A model generated the notes under the pieces. It saw nothing but the letters and a program-made list of their open reading frames with translations, searched no databases and had not been told where the DNA came from. From NCBI GenBank assembly GCA_040954595.2, contig CM082593.2:7538043-7602042 (forward strand): a DNA stretch of 64,000 nt. Reading direction: 5' to 3'. Shown one piece after another: positions 53,234-64,000 of this stretch. Origin of the DNA: Balanoglossus misakiensis (taxonomy: Eukaryota > Animalia > Hemichordata). Position 1 is the first letter of the stretch. Every line of letters starts with the position of its first letter. Made by a program: the position numbers and the translations under genes.

Positions 53234-56200
53234 TTTATAGTTATTTGTTCTATTCAAATCTTAATGTTATATATGATCAGCTGGCCGTAATTGACAGCAT
53301 GTGCTCATAGCAATATCTTCTCTCCTATCCAGTCGAAATAAGGAGGAAGAGAGAATGTTTTTCCGACCCACATGGATCCGATTACCGGGGAACGAAATCA
53401 GTGTCGTTGGCGGGTATTGCCTGCCAGAAATGGACAGAGCAGGCGCCGCACCAACACTCAAGAACCCCGGATTGGTATATCGATGCTGGTCTGGGTGACC
53501 ATAATTACTGTCGGAATCCAGACAATGCGGATAACCCGTGGTGTTACACTGTTGATCCAGATACAAGATGGGACTGGTGTGACGTAGGAGAGCCGGACAT
53601 CACCTGCAGAATGCTGGGTAAGTCTGACTCTACGAAAGCTTTTAAAAGGTCTAGTGCTTAGCATGCTTAGTCCTATGTTTTTCGCTTCCCGAGATAACGA
53701 CCATAAGACCGCTCAACGGAATGTGAAAAGGCTCAAGCAGACGAAGATGACGTCACCGTAGTCAATCACCTACCTCGACCTACCACTGATTGGCTGTTAA
53801 TGACATGCGTGTTGTGTTATTCATATTCATATATACTCATCATCTATGCATAATAAGTTTAAATCAGGGTCCATGTTTACATATAGTTACACCGTCAACA
53901 CTTCTAGTTTAAATTACCAGTAATACTATGTATGGTTAAAAGGGCATGGAACAGTCTTTAAATAACCATGTGGAGGCAACCACTTAAATCTGCCATTGAC
54001 TGGAACTCACTGTAACTATATGGCTGAATTTGCACGAGTGAATATACTTTAGAACAACATTTTCCTTTGTTCTTTTCTGCACAGGAATTGAGTGTTTTTA
54101 CCAAAGGCGGGCAACTGACTATCGCGGGTACCGGAGCACAACCTCGTCCGGTCGGAAGTGTCAAAAGTGGACAACGCAGTCCCCGCACACGCATTCTTTC
54201 GATCCCGACGTTTACGGGGAACACGGGATAGGCGACCACAACTACTGCCGCAACCCATCCGGGGAAGAACCCACCGCCTGGTGCTTCACGACTGACCCGG
54301 ATGTCAGAAGTGAAACCTGCGATGTCAATATGGACTCGGAGCACTGCATAACAGGTAATTCTTTTAGTGGCCATGGCACTGTGAGGCCGCATGCGAGGGG
54401 CATATTTCTTAGTTCGTATTTTACTATGTCCCTGCAGGTCTTGCGATGCAAGATCATCGTGTGCAACTGTCGGGCCTTTTAGCACAGTCGGCCATGTTTG
54501 TCCTGTGTCACGTGAGAATGCCCTCCCATATACTGCCTAGTCACGTGAGGTCTCGCAGTGTCTCGCGGAGTCCGGAAAATGGTCTATGTATGCCTTATTT
54601 CATTTCAAGAACTAATCTGAAGCATGAACCCAAAATCGTTAATTGTGTTGTTAAGTATACCTTTCTATCTAAAGAGATGCCTTACTTTATTATAAAACTG
54701 TTAGACACACATCGCGTTTTGGAACAGATTATTTTAAGATCTTTGGATTATTTTATCTTAATGTATCACCAGGGCGCGTTATAGATGAATTCAGCGCTTC
54801 GGGCGCATTGATGAACTATCTCGAATATCTTGACTACGACCAGCAATACCAGGACATCAGTGTCACGGAGTGCGCAAGACTGTGTCTAGAGTCCAACAGT
54901 TTCTTCTGCATGTTTTTCGACTATTTCGCCCCAAACAACACTTGCTGCTTGAGTTCCAACGTGACTGCCGAGAACACGAGCCAGGAACCAACCTTGCAAG
55001 CGGATGGTATCAGGTACAGCCGGATTATTGATGGTGAGTGCACCAAAACAGTACCATCCTACAGTGCATCTACTAGTATTGGTTGGGCGAATGTATGCCC
55101 TTCACACACACGAATAAACTCATGGTCACAAACCAGTTCCGAATCATCTAAAAGCAACGCTCATTTGCTGAAAGCACAGACATCATGCGAACCACCTGAA
55201 AACTTCTTCCAAGACTCAAGTTCAATTGAAATTTTATAAACAGGTATAGATGTCTTGTGGGTTATATTATAGACAAAAACTGGAATACATATATGAGCTT
55301 ATATTAATAGTCACATTCTGTGAGAAAAGTGGGATTTTCCAACCTAAAATACTTGCTGTGGGTTTCTGTGATTACCATATCAAATAAACCTTGTAGTTCT
55401 ACAAATTCCCAGTTGCGCGTTGTCCTGCCATGCAGGGTCTATTTTCCACACATAAAATCATCATTTAGTGTGTTTATGTGTCTTGGATTTATCACAATCA
55501 CAATCGAGCGGTCTGTTTTAAATCACTGAATTTGCCAATGATATGTCCATTTATTCATTTATATCACCGCAGACTCTGAAATGGATGTGGTGAAATTTCA
55601 ACAGCATCCAAATCGGAACATGCTGAAGAGCGGCTATCAGAAACTAGTGACGGCGGCAAATCTACCGGACTGTGTCACAGCGTGTCTGTCACTAGAGATC
55701 TTCAATTGTTTGTCCCTCGACTTCTGTCCGTCTTGCTCGACGTGTTATCTGTACGAGCAAGCGGCGGCTACAGCCGCTGATGAAATAACAGAGGATATCA
55801 GTTATGTTCACCTAGACAGGATAGGTAAACATCGCCTCTGTCTGTCTGTCTGTCTGTCTGTGTCTGTCTGTCTGCCTGCCTGCCTGTCTGTCTGCCTGTC
55901 TGTCTGTCTGTCTGTCTGTCTATTCACTTTGAATTGTATTGTTGCCAAATTCAACACTCTTCGACAAAATTTATCAAACAGACACCAACTTTAGGAATGC
56001 CAACTTAATTGACAGGTCATCATCAATTGCGAATACCAGCAGGTAACGCAAAACACTTGTTACAATCATAAGCAAACCATTCTGGGGATTAGTATTAAAC
56101 TTCATTGATTTCCATCAATCTTCTTCTGCCTTTAGATTTTGCGTCGATCAAAGATAGAAATGGTCCAGATGTTTCTAATGTGATGTTCGCTTTTGATGAG

Positions 56201-59200
56201 TACGGTTTGCGTCATTTACCGGGCCATACAGACAGAGTTTTCCATCGCTCGACCGAAGCTGACTGCGCCGCACGCTGCCTCAAAGAGAACGACTTCCACT
56301 GCCTGACGTTTGAATATGTTATCTCGACCAGAAAATGCATCCTGAGCAGTGAAAGTCACTTAACATTGTCAATACAGTTAGAAGACGCGGTGGCCATCCA
56401 AACAAAGTACTATGTTAGACGGGACATTGCCAAAATAGGTAATGAAAATTATATGTATGTGTGTGTCCTTTATGCGTGTGTGTACACATACATGTATGTA
56501 TGTATGTGTGTATGTATGTATGTATGTATGTATGTATGTATGTATGTATGTGTGTATGTATGTATGTATGTATGTATGTATGTATGTATGTATGTATGTA
56601 TGTATGTATGTATGTATGTATGTATGTATGTATGTATGTATGTATGTATGTATGTATGTATGTATGTATGTATGTATATGTGTGTATGTATGTATGTATG
56701 TATGTATGTATGTATGTATGTATGTATGTATGTATGTATGTATGTATGTATGTATGTATGTATGTATGTATGTATGTATGTATGTATGTATGTATGTATG
56801 TATGTATGTATGTATGTATGTATGTATGTATGTATGTATGTATGTATGTATGTATGTATGTATGTATGTATGTATGTATGTATGTATGTATGTAGGTATG
56901 TATGCATGTATGTAGGTATGTACAGTAGGTATGTATGTATCTATGTATATCTATGTATGTATCTATATGTGTATGGCATAGTTTGAATAGCAATTCTATG
57001 TGTATTTAATCTCGATTCTGGAATCTGAACCAGGGTGAACTTCTGGAAGGGACCTGGGCATTATATGAAAAATCAATCTATAGTACATGTACTCTGTTTT
57101 CAGATGACAACAATAGCTGCCCTGATGAGTTCGAACTCTGTGGCTCGGGGGAATGTGTCTACCGGTATGCCGTATGTGACACCATTCCAAACTGTAGCGA
57201 TGGCAGCGATGAAGTCGACTGTGTTGTAAATGGTAAAGGTCAGAACCCTTTTTTCGCCAAAATACTGGCGTGTTTTTCACGTTAGGTTGATTTCTACATT
57301 ACAGAACTCTTCTCTGCTGATGTGTTATAAAATATAAACATGACATATTACTATAATTTGGATTAAAGTAATATGTCATCTTCATAATCTGTAACAGCCG
57401 TTGTACATGCATTGTTACTTTTATTTTTTCGCTGTTTTACTACACAAGTTCGTATATTTCTATTAGTCTATTTACAAAGACAAGACATCAATATAAACGT
57501 GCAAAGATAATCGCGTGTTTGTTGTATTTACTCAACGTTTTATAGGGGGCATGTGCAAAGCACAGTCAACCTTCCGTACACAGACACATGGGCTATTGTT
57601 TTTAGGTATAGAAGTGCCCACGTCAAGAAATATTGGTCTTTAAACCAAATTATCATTTTTTACATTCGACAATGGTTATTTTTCTTCTTCTGACAGACAC
57701 GACAGATGACAATAGTTACAGCGACGTTGAGAAGTTTTTACACATACCCGGCGTCACTCCGGCGATTGTGGAGGACTTTGAGAGGAATTATTACAAAGAC
57801 AATGGTTTCAGTGCGGTCAAAGGTGAAGTTCCTCCGGATTGGTATGGCTTTAAGACGTTCAGCGCGACTCCCGACTACAGCGATCTTCGGAATGTTTTGA
57901 AACTGAACAGGGATGAAATCAAGGAGTATGGACACCAAGCGGAGGATTTTATACTGCAGTGCGCGTATGACGAAACAACTTGCAGTCCGAGGTAAGATAT
58001 GAAAACATTATATTTTTTTTCGATATTCAGAATGGGTGAAAAGAAGACCTAGGGCTTTTTCGCAAAAAATGGAGATTTGTGCAGTTCATGTAATTATCAT
58101 GCATTAATTTTACCGTTCACAGTCGATGCTCTGTTGCGTTTAATGTGTATGGAAGCTTAACTTAAAAGATGGCGATGTATTTGGTTGACACATTGCTGTA
58201 GTGACGAACCATGAAAATTAATCCAATAACTATTACATGGTATTACATGGTTGGGTTTTCGTCGGCGGCTCAGACTTTGAGTGATGAGCAATTACAGACT
58301 GACTACCAACAACTCCCTATAGAGGAAATACTGCAGTTCAAAACTGAATTCAATGTGTTCGAGGCGTGTAGGTGTTTCTGTTTTCACGGTCCTGTACATT
58401 TCAGTGATTTTGCGGTTTTTCAAGATGACCAATACGGCAACTGTTTCAAGTTTAACCACGGCAAGAACGACTCTTCCATTCGATACACGAACAAACAAGG
58501 ATCGCACTACGGTGAGTGGGACAATGTCTACGTTTCCTTACAGTCAGGAACGATGGTGATATTTCTCTAGAGGCGCCAGAAGTTTCAACGCCAACTTTGC
58601 TAAGATGTACTTTTTTCCCCTCAAAATGTCTCTGTTAGGACCCACAAGGACTATATACTGTAAAACGGGTTATTTTCGCGAGCAATAAATTTTCGCGAAA
58701 TACGCAAAAATACGTAAAAATAAAAAGTCGCGTAAAATGTTTTCTGGGGATATAACGATGTAATTAGTGAGATACGAGAAAGCGAAAATTAATCCTTGCG
58801 TAACCGTTGCCTCTCCTGATATCGCTAAAATTTCATGTCGCGAAAATAACCCGTTTTACAGTATTTTCTGTATTATCTACTCGCGAGACTTGGTTAATTT
58901 TGTTTTATGTTATTTATAACTATCTGCGAGCAAAATATTTTCTGCTCAATACATTTCTCACACAGGTTTGAAGTTGACCTTGTTTTTAGAGCAAGACGAA
59001 TATATCAGCATTTACGGACGCAACGCCGGGGCGCGGTTAATCATCCTGCCTGATGACGTCACTGTTTTCCCTCAAGACGAAGGAATAACAGTTATGCCTG
59101 GCACTGTGACGTCTGTTGCGGTCAAGGAGGTGCGGGTGTGATATTCATCCTTATTCTTGTTTCCTTGAAAAATATTAATAAACCTTATATTGTAATTAGC

Positions 59201-59244
59201 GTGTGTGTTTAAGTATGGGACATAAGGTCGCCCCGCTTTTAATT

Positions 59245-59293
<49 letters not shown>

Positions 59294-61947
59294 CTCTCTC
59301 TCCCTCCCCCTCTCTCTTTTATTCCTCGGACGCTTACAATGACTATGTTTATGAGTACATTTTTGTTTTTGACAGCTTCATCTCACATTTTTTCCTTGAA
59401 TCAACAGAGACACACGTTAAGGAAATCCCATCCGTATGGAGTGTGTAGTCAAGAAGAGCTAAGTGATAACTTATATGGTGATGGATATTCATACACTATG
59501 CTCGTGAGTATAGACAGCCATCTAACTATTAATTTAGTGTGGCAGTGCGTAATTACACATGGGAATGGCACTACGGTATTGTATATGGAAACATTCAACC
59601 GTTAGTGTTATTAAAACGTGCTCATATTAAAACAAAATGCGGGTGTGTACTTGGGCCATAAGTATGCCATTTCGGGGCACCATTTGACGTAGTGATGAGC
59701 GCGGCCTCTGTCGACACAGTGTCTGTTTGAATATGTCTCTCTATCCAACCAACCAACCAACCAACCCATTACTAGCCTCAATCTATCCACCCACCCATCC
59801 ATCCGTCCCTTGATCAAGTATCCATCATAGACACTTTGTGTTAACTTCTGCACCTCCCCATGAGCAGGCTTGCAGGCAGCCGTGTTTCCAGCGCCACCTG
59901 TCGAAGTACTGCGGATGCGTGGACTCGTATATCACGGGAGAACCACAGTGTCTTATGACCAACATCACACAAGGTATGTTGGATAACCTATTGTTATGCA
60001 AATCACACTATGACAAATTTGACAGCTAAATACTAGTACATACAATGCATAAATGCATCCATCCATCCATATATCAATCCATCGTTTTCCCGTTTTACAC
60101 TAATTAAACTATTCCAAGACTCTTGAGTATTCTGCCAATATAATTTCGTCGAAATTAATGTATGTCACGTGATTACCCATTCACAGATATGTGTAAACAG
60201 TTCATACGATATCTGTTTCAATCAGAGCGTATTGACTGCGACTGCCGCATCCCATGCAGGTACGTCATTACAGCAATTTTACTCGCCTACAATTAATCCT
60301 ATATGTGTTTTCTACTGGTTTTAGAAGTACATATGTATAAGCAATATCCTTTATCACGTTCATTGACGCATTTGAGTTAAATTGCAAATTCTGATTCTTC
60401 TGTGTTCTGTTACAAGGGAGAAGTGGTACTCAAAGACTATTTCACAGTCACTATGGCCAGCCAGTGTTCATTTGGTGAGATATCATATTAGTAGTTTCAG
60501 TGAACGTGATTAACCAATACAGTAACGTTTTGAGTCGAGACATTTAAATAAAACGAGTAATCATTATTTTTTGCATTTTCATTGATTTTCGGTATTTTCG
60601 TACATTTGTACTCACTATTCACGTTGTATGGGAAACCTAAATTCACACATCACACAGTATGATCGAAGATGTATTTCATATTTATGAATTAAATTCTTCG
60701 ATTTTGATCATCATGGAAAATGCATCGAACGACAGAGGGCATAATTCATGCTAATACATTAATTTTCACTCACAGTCTCACTTGTTGAAGACCATACACT
60801 CTTTAAGTCCAAAGACGAAGGACATCAATGACGCCGAGTCAGTCAGGTAAAAAATATATACACACTATATTATATAATCAAGGGAGGTAAAGCCTGAAGC
60901 CGTGCATGTATCCCTAACAACATCCATATTGTATGGTATGGAGCTACAGTCATGTATTACTAGACGGGTGGGATGTAACTTAAGTTTGCAGGAAAGGAAA
61001 TATTTCAAAGAAGGAATGGCTAACGTTATACTTTGATCATGCCATCAGGTTGAATCTCGTCCAGATTGAAGTTTATTTTGAACAGCTGATAGTCGAAAGC
61101 ACAACAGAGCACCCAGCGTATGGGGTAAGAGTAATTGTATCACCCTTCATCTCGTGGTTATTGTCCTAGCCTTAACCTAACCTCTTACTTTCCGTAACCT
61201 CTTCAATTGCCTACAGACACTTACAAGAAACTCACGTACGGTTGACAAAAGATCTCGTTACTTTATCCGAGCAGATTTACAAGTGCCTCGGGTTTCACAA
61301 CAAATCTCGTTACTCGCCCGAGCAGATTAACTACTGTCTTGGGTTACTCGTAAACCTAGTTGATTTAGAAGTGTTGTAGGTTTACAAGATTATTTGTGCA
61401 TACATACTGCTTTCGATTATATCGTAACCAGGGGTGATGTGTGATTGTTTTTCAGTAATTCATTTCTTGTTCGACTCCCTATACCATGTCAAACTGTTCT
61501 GCCCTCTGGTTGTCAACCCGACGTGTATATGCAAATTACATAAATATGCAAATTATATGCATCAAGTATGCAAATTATATGCATCAAGAATGCAAATTCT
61601 GATTACGTCAGAACCAAGCCAGACCACGGGAGGGGATCAAAAGACCTATATATTGAGTATGTTTAACATTTTCATAAAACACACACTATTCCTTGCAGGG
61701 TGAAGATTTTCTCAGTGATATCGGCGGGACGCTGGGCCTTTACATCGGCCTCTCAGTCATCACGGTGGCCGAATTCATCGAACTGGTGGCCGTGATGATC
61801 AGACACGTTCACCATTACCGCAAAGCCGGTCGCGTTGACACCAAAAACAAGCAAACCAACCCACCTATTCCGGATTACTTTTCAGGGGCATTCGCTTACC
61901 CCAGCTTCAAAAGTATCAGGCCAGATATAACCATTGAAGACGTCTGA
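44619..61947 (+). CDS. DEG/ENaC (amiloride-sensitive sodium channel family) subunit with LDLa, PAN/apple and kringle modules in the extracellular loop, ~1532 aa, 24 exons
   Basis: Exons 44619-44840, 47865-48006, 48459-48578, 49832-49954, 50517-50636, 50857-51099, 51535-51789, 52348-52926, 53333-53617, 54085-54354, 54773-55033, 55573-55824, 56136-56438, 57104-57232, 57697-57991, 58405-58511, 58966-59129, 59408-59503, 59868-59973, 60187-60259, 60417-60474, 60776-60846, 61049-61124, 61699-61947 are phase-consistent (4599 nt). ENaC hallmarks: TTAHG gating motif, TM1, [35 protein letters not shown], Cys-rich thumb (CRQPC..CGC..CDCRIPC), IEVYFEQL, and [25 protein letters not shown] (TM2, GxS filter). 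Confidence 0.93.
45619..45970. mobile_element. Degenerate foldback Kolobok-type MITE in DEG/ENaC intron 1
   Basis: Inverted arms (TTTGATACAAG/CTTGTATCAAA; ACGTTCAACCACACACAC/GTGTGTGTGGTTGAACGT; TTTCCATC.CGCTTGTA/TACAAGCG.GATGGAAA). The right end is GACTTTGTCTCT-TTAA. Same family as 20233-20403. Confidence 0.75.
47172..47823. repeat. (TATG)n/(TG)n microsatellite, ~650 bp
   Basis: Direct read. Confidence 0.97.
48459..50636 (+). CDS. Three LDL-receptor class A exons of the DEG/ENaC gene
   Basis: [36 protein letters not shown]; [31 protein letters not shown]; [29 protein letters not shown]. Confidence 0.92.
48635..48707. repeat. (AGAC)n microsatellite
   Basis: Direct read. Confidence 0.9.
50040..50388. 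mobile_element. Older TTAA-flanked Kolobok-type MITE in a DEG/ENaC intron
   Basis: Left end TTAA-AGGGACAGTAGCAGTAACTTCTGAT; right end reverse-complemented TTAA-AGGCATAGTACCTGTAACTTTTGAT. Inner inverted TTCTACTCC/GGAGTAGAA and TGCCAAGTATT/AATACTTGGCA. Related fragments near 22734-22820 and 30900-30935. Confidence 0.7.
50857..51789 (+). CDS. Two PAN/apple-domain exons of the DEG/ENaC gene
   Basis: [33 protein letters not shown]; [32 protein letters not shown]. Confidence 0.9.
51983..52240. repeat. (TATG)n/(TG)n/(TATACTATG)n microsatellite
   Basis: Direct read. Confidence 0.95.
52348..54354 (+). CDS. Four kringle domains (three exons) of the DEG/ENaC gene
   Basis: Four copies of C...DYRG..S..G..C.KW...G.GDHN(Y/F)CRNP....WC(Y/F)T. 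Confidence 0.93.
53096..53233. repeat. (CAG)n(CAA)n(CAT)n intronic trinucleotide repeat
   Basis: Direct read; lies between kringle exons. Confidence 0.93.
54773..57232 (+). CDS. Three PAN/apple exons and one LDLa exon of the DEG/ENaC gene
   Basis: [22 protein letters not shown]; [19 protein letters not shown]; [27 protein letters not shown]; then [35 protein letters not shown]. Confidence 0.9.
55838..55920. repeat. (TCTG)n microsatellite
   Basis: Direct read. Confidence 0.9.
56452..56975. repeat. (TATG)n microsatellite, ~520 bp
   Basis: Direct read. Confidence 0.97.
58658..58861. mobile_element. ~204-bp MITE with TA target-site duplication (Tc1/mariner-type)
   Basis: TA-CTGTAAAACGGGTTATTTTCGCGA...TCGCGAAAATAACCCGTTTTACAG-TA: a perfect 24-bp terminal inverted repeat with internal GCG(A/T)AAA subrepeats. 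Confidence 0.88.
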
Positions 61948-63094
61948 TACAGTTCACAGCAATATCTTTTACTACCATTTTTACGACAAGCATCGATGTA
62001 ACATATTTATACGGAATACTGTCCTACGTTTAGGCATATGATATCAGTTGACATGTTATGTGTACCTATACCTTATGTTCGATTGATTACAATTATTTTA
62101 TACGACAATTATTTGATACAGTCGCCAATTTTCCACAAAGCGACCACATTCTGTGGGTTTTAAACATATTATTAAATACTAGTCCGCATTCATAATATTT
62201 ATTTATACTGTAAATTATTTACATTATATATCTACTCTATACATTTTAAATTTATATTTGTGAAGTTACAGTTTATTATGTCTATGTTATGAAAATTATG
62301 TATGAAATAAATATCTGTGGATGATCGACTACCACTTGTCAAGAGCACCTTTTGTTACCTATGCATTTTCATGCTTTGATTATTAATACTGAAACATAAT
62401 TTTGAAGAAAAAATATCAAACAAAATATAATATAAACGTATTGCATTTAATTCAATTTTAATATTTATAAGATAGACCCTAATTTTATTGAAATGGCGAA
62501 GATCTTAGTTTACCGGAAGCAAAGTATTTTTCCTTCAGTATTTCGCACTTTTAACGGGGGGGGGGGGGGTATGCATCATCGGGGTGGAACGATGAACACG
62601 CGCAATTCAATTAATATATGGGAAAAAATCAGTGACTCACCCGATTACCCGGTTTGGTATCTCTGTAAGGTGTAGTGGTGAAGGTGATGTATTCCTGGAC
62701 AATGTCAAACACACATAAATCGTTCACATTCCGTCGGGTATCCACTATTCCCTGTCCTAAATTATCCGTATCCATGGCCACACTGGTAGACACGCTAATG
62801 GTCACTAGAGCGCGCTGTAGAGCTGACTTCAGAAACTCGTCACTTACTTACCGTTGTTTTTCGGATGTACAGAAGACGCATGACCGTGCTTTTCCTCTTC
62901 CATTGTCTTTCCACAGCAAAGATATGTTATCACACTGCGCGCAGGCACATGAAGTTTTCCATCCTATCCTAATACTGCACTTTATGTTCGGTTTTGTCAA
63001 AATTCACGGGAAAATATCGCTCAACATCAGTCCTCCTGATCCGCGCAAATAATATCCGACTCCGAGTGGGCTGAACTCGATTCACTTCACTGCA

Positions 63095-63265
63095 ATATCC
63101 ACGTGGCAGATTACGTAATCACGGTGAAATATGTCTGCAATTAGTCAGCTGTTATCAGCCAATCAAAAACGAGCTACTAATAAGTGAAGGCTATGGTCAG
63201 CCAATCAGGAAAAACAGTCTATTCTCATGATCTCGTCGCCAACTGTCAAATTATTTGACCAATCG
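63095..63265. promoter_or_regulatory. Promoter-like motif cluster: E-box, bZIP palindrome, three CCAAT boxes
   Basis: CACGTG at 63100-63105, GATTACGTAATC palindrome at 63109-63120, and NF-Y-type CCAATC at 63159, 63201 and 63259. Confidence 0.4.
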
Positions 63266-64000
63266 ATAAACTTGAATGGTTCCTTCTGCACAGAAGTTGA
63301 GTTCAACTTGAATAATTTGCCAACACATTTCCCCATATAACCAAATTATCATATCGAATAATTATAATATTCCAACGAACCGTAACATCTATTTTGAAAG
63401 TGTATTAGGATTAACAAAATTGGTCACTTGGGGCGCTCTCATCACAAATCTAATGGTCGGCGAGAGCTCGGATAATCGGGTAGAACAGCGCCTCCTAGCG
63501 ACAAAAATGTAAAACTACTCACGCAAGTATAGTACCAATCCTCTTCACGTCACTTTTCAGGAGGGGGGGGGGGGGGGAGTGCGCTCGCTTCCCGTCTACT
63601 GTCACGATGAGAAGTCATATAGAGGGGAGATTACCGCCAACCGGAGGGGAAAAAGTTGAAGGCCATCTGAAATTTCTTGCCTACACATTTTTCCCCAACA
63701 CCCACCAGCTTTACTACGAGGAATCCCTTCATGTTTATTTCATATCAAGATATCCAGAAAAATAAAACAAATTCCCCAGAACACTATGTATATACATAAT
63801 CGCACACCCACCCAAACACCCACACAAAGTAATCACCACAAAATGTCGCTTTCATGTTAACTTCTCTTTAATATTTCATACTTCCTTCTTATATCATGTA
63901 TCCATCAACAAGAACAGAAAAATATGTTGAAATGTGTATAAACCAGTTTTTACTAAAATCAACGAAAGCTAGTCACAAACGACAGTACATTATTAATAAA

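Noticed and set aside
50857-54354. Separate plasminogen/HGF-like gene nested in the channel locus
   Set aside because: There is no signal-peptide exon, protease domain or stop codon, and the exons are phase-compatible with the flanking ENaC exons on the same strand.
61861-61878. PPIPDY as an ENaC-type PY (Nedd4-binding) motif
   Set aside because: It does not match the L/P-P-x-Y consensus.

Overview
This is intron-rich, microsatellite-rich animal genomic DNA; a marine invertebrate deuterostome such as a hemichordate is my guess. I rebuilt five spliced genes by hand from splice sites and reading-frame phase. (1) The 3' part of a death-domain protein with a ~950-aa low-complexity terminal exon (+, <201-6189). 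(2) A TRIM gene, RING/B-box/B-box/coiled-coil/filamin-like/MIB-HERC2 (+, 8055-11143), whose first B-box is split by a 610-bp TTAA-flanked foldback MITE. (3) A 14-exon, ~903-aa gene (-, 20922-12836) with a divergent GCM zinc DNA-binding domain followed by a region carrying Mutator/MULE DDE-transposase-like motifs; this is a candidate domesticated GCM-transposase. (4) A CENP-U-like kinetochore gene (+, 36802-41269). (5) A 24-exon, ~1530-aa DEG/ENaC channel (+, 44619-61947) with ~980 aa of LDLa x3, PAN x2, Kringle x4, PAN x3, LDLa x1 inserted in its extracellular loop as symmetric phase-1 exons, including an RRKR furin-type site. Several MITE families and long simple repeats are also present, and 21-36 kb is largely unexplained intergenic sequence. 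All protein-family calls come from motif recognition; no database search was run.
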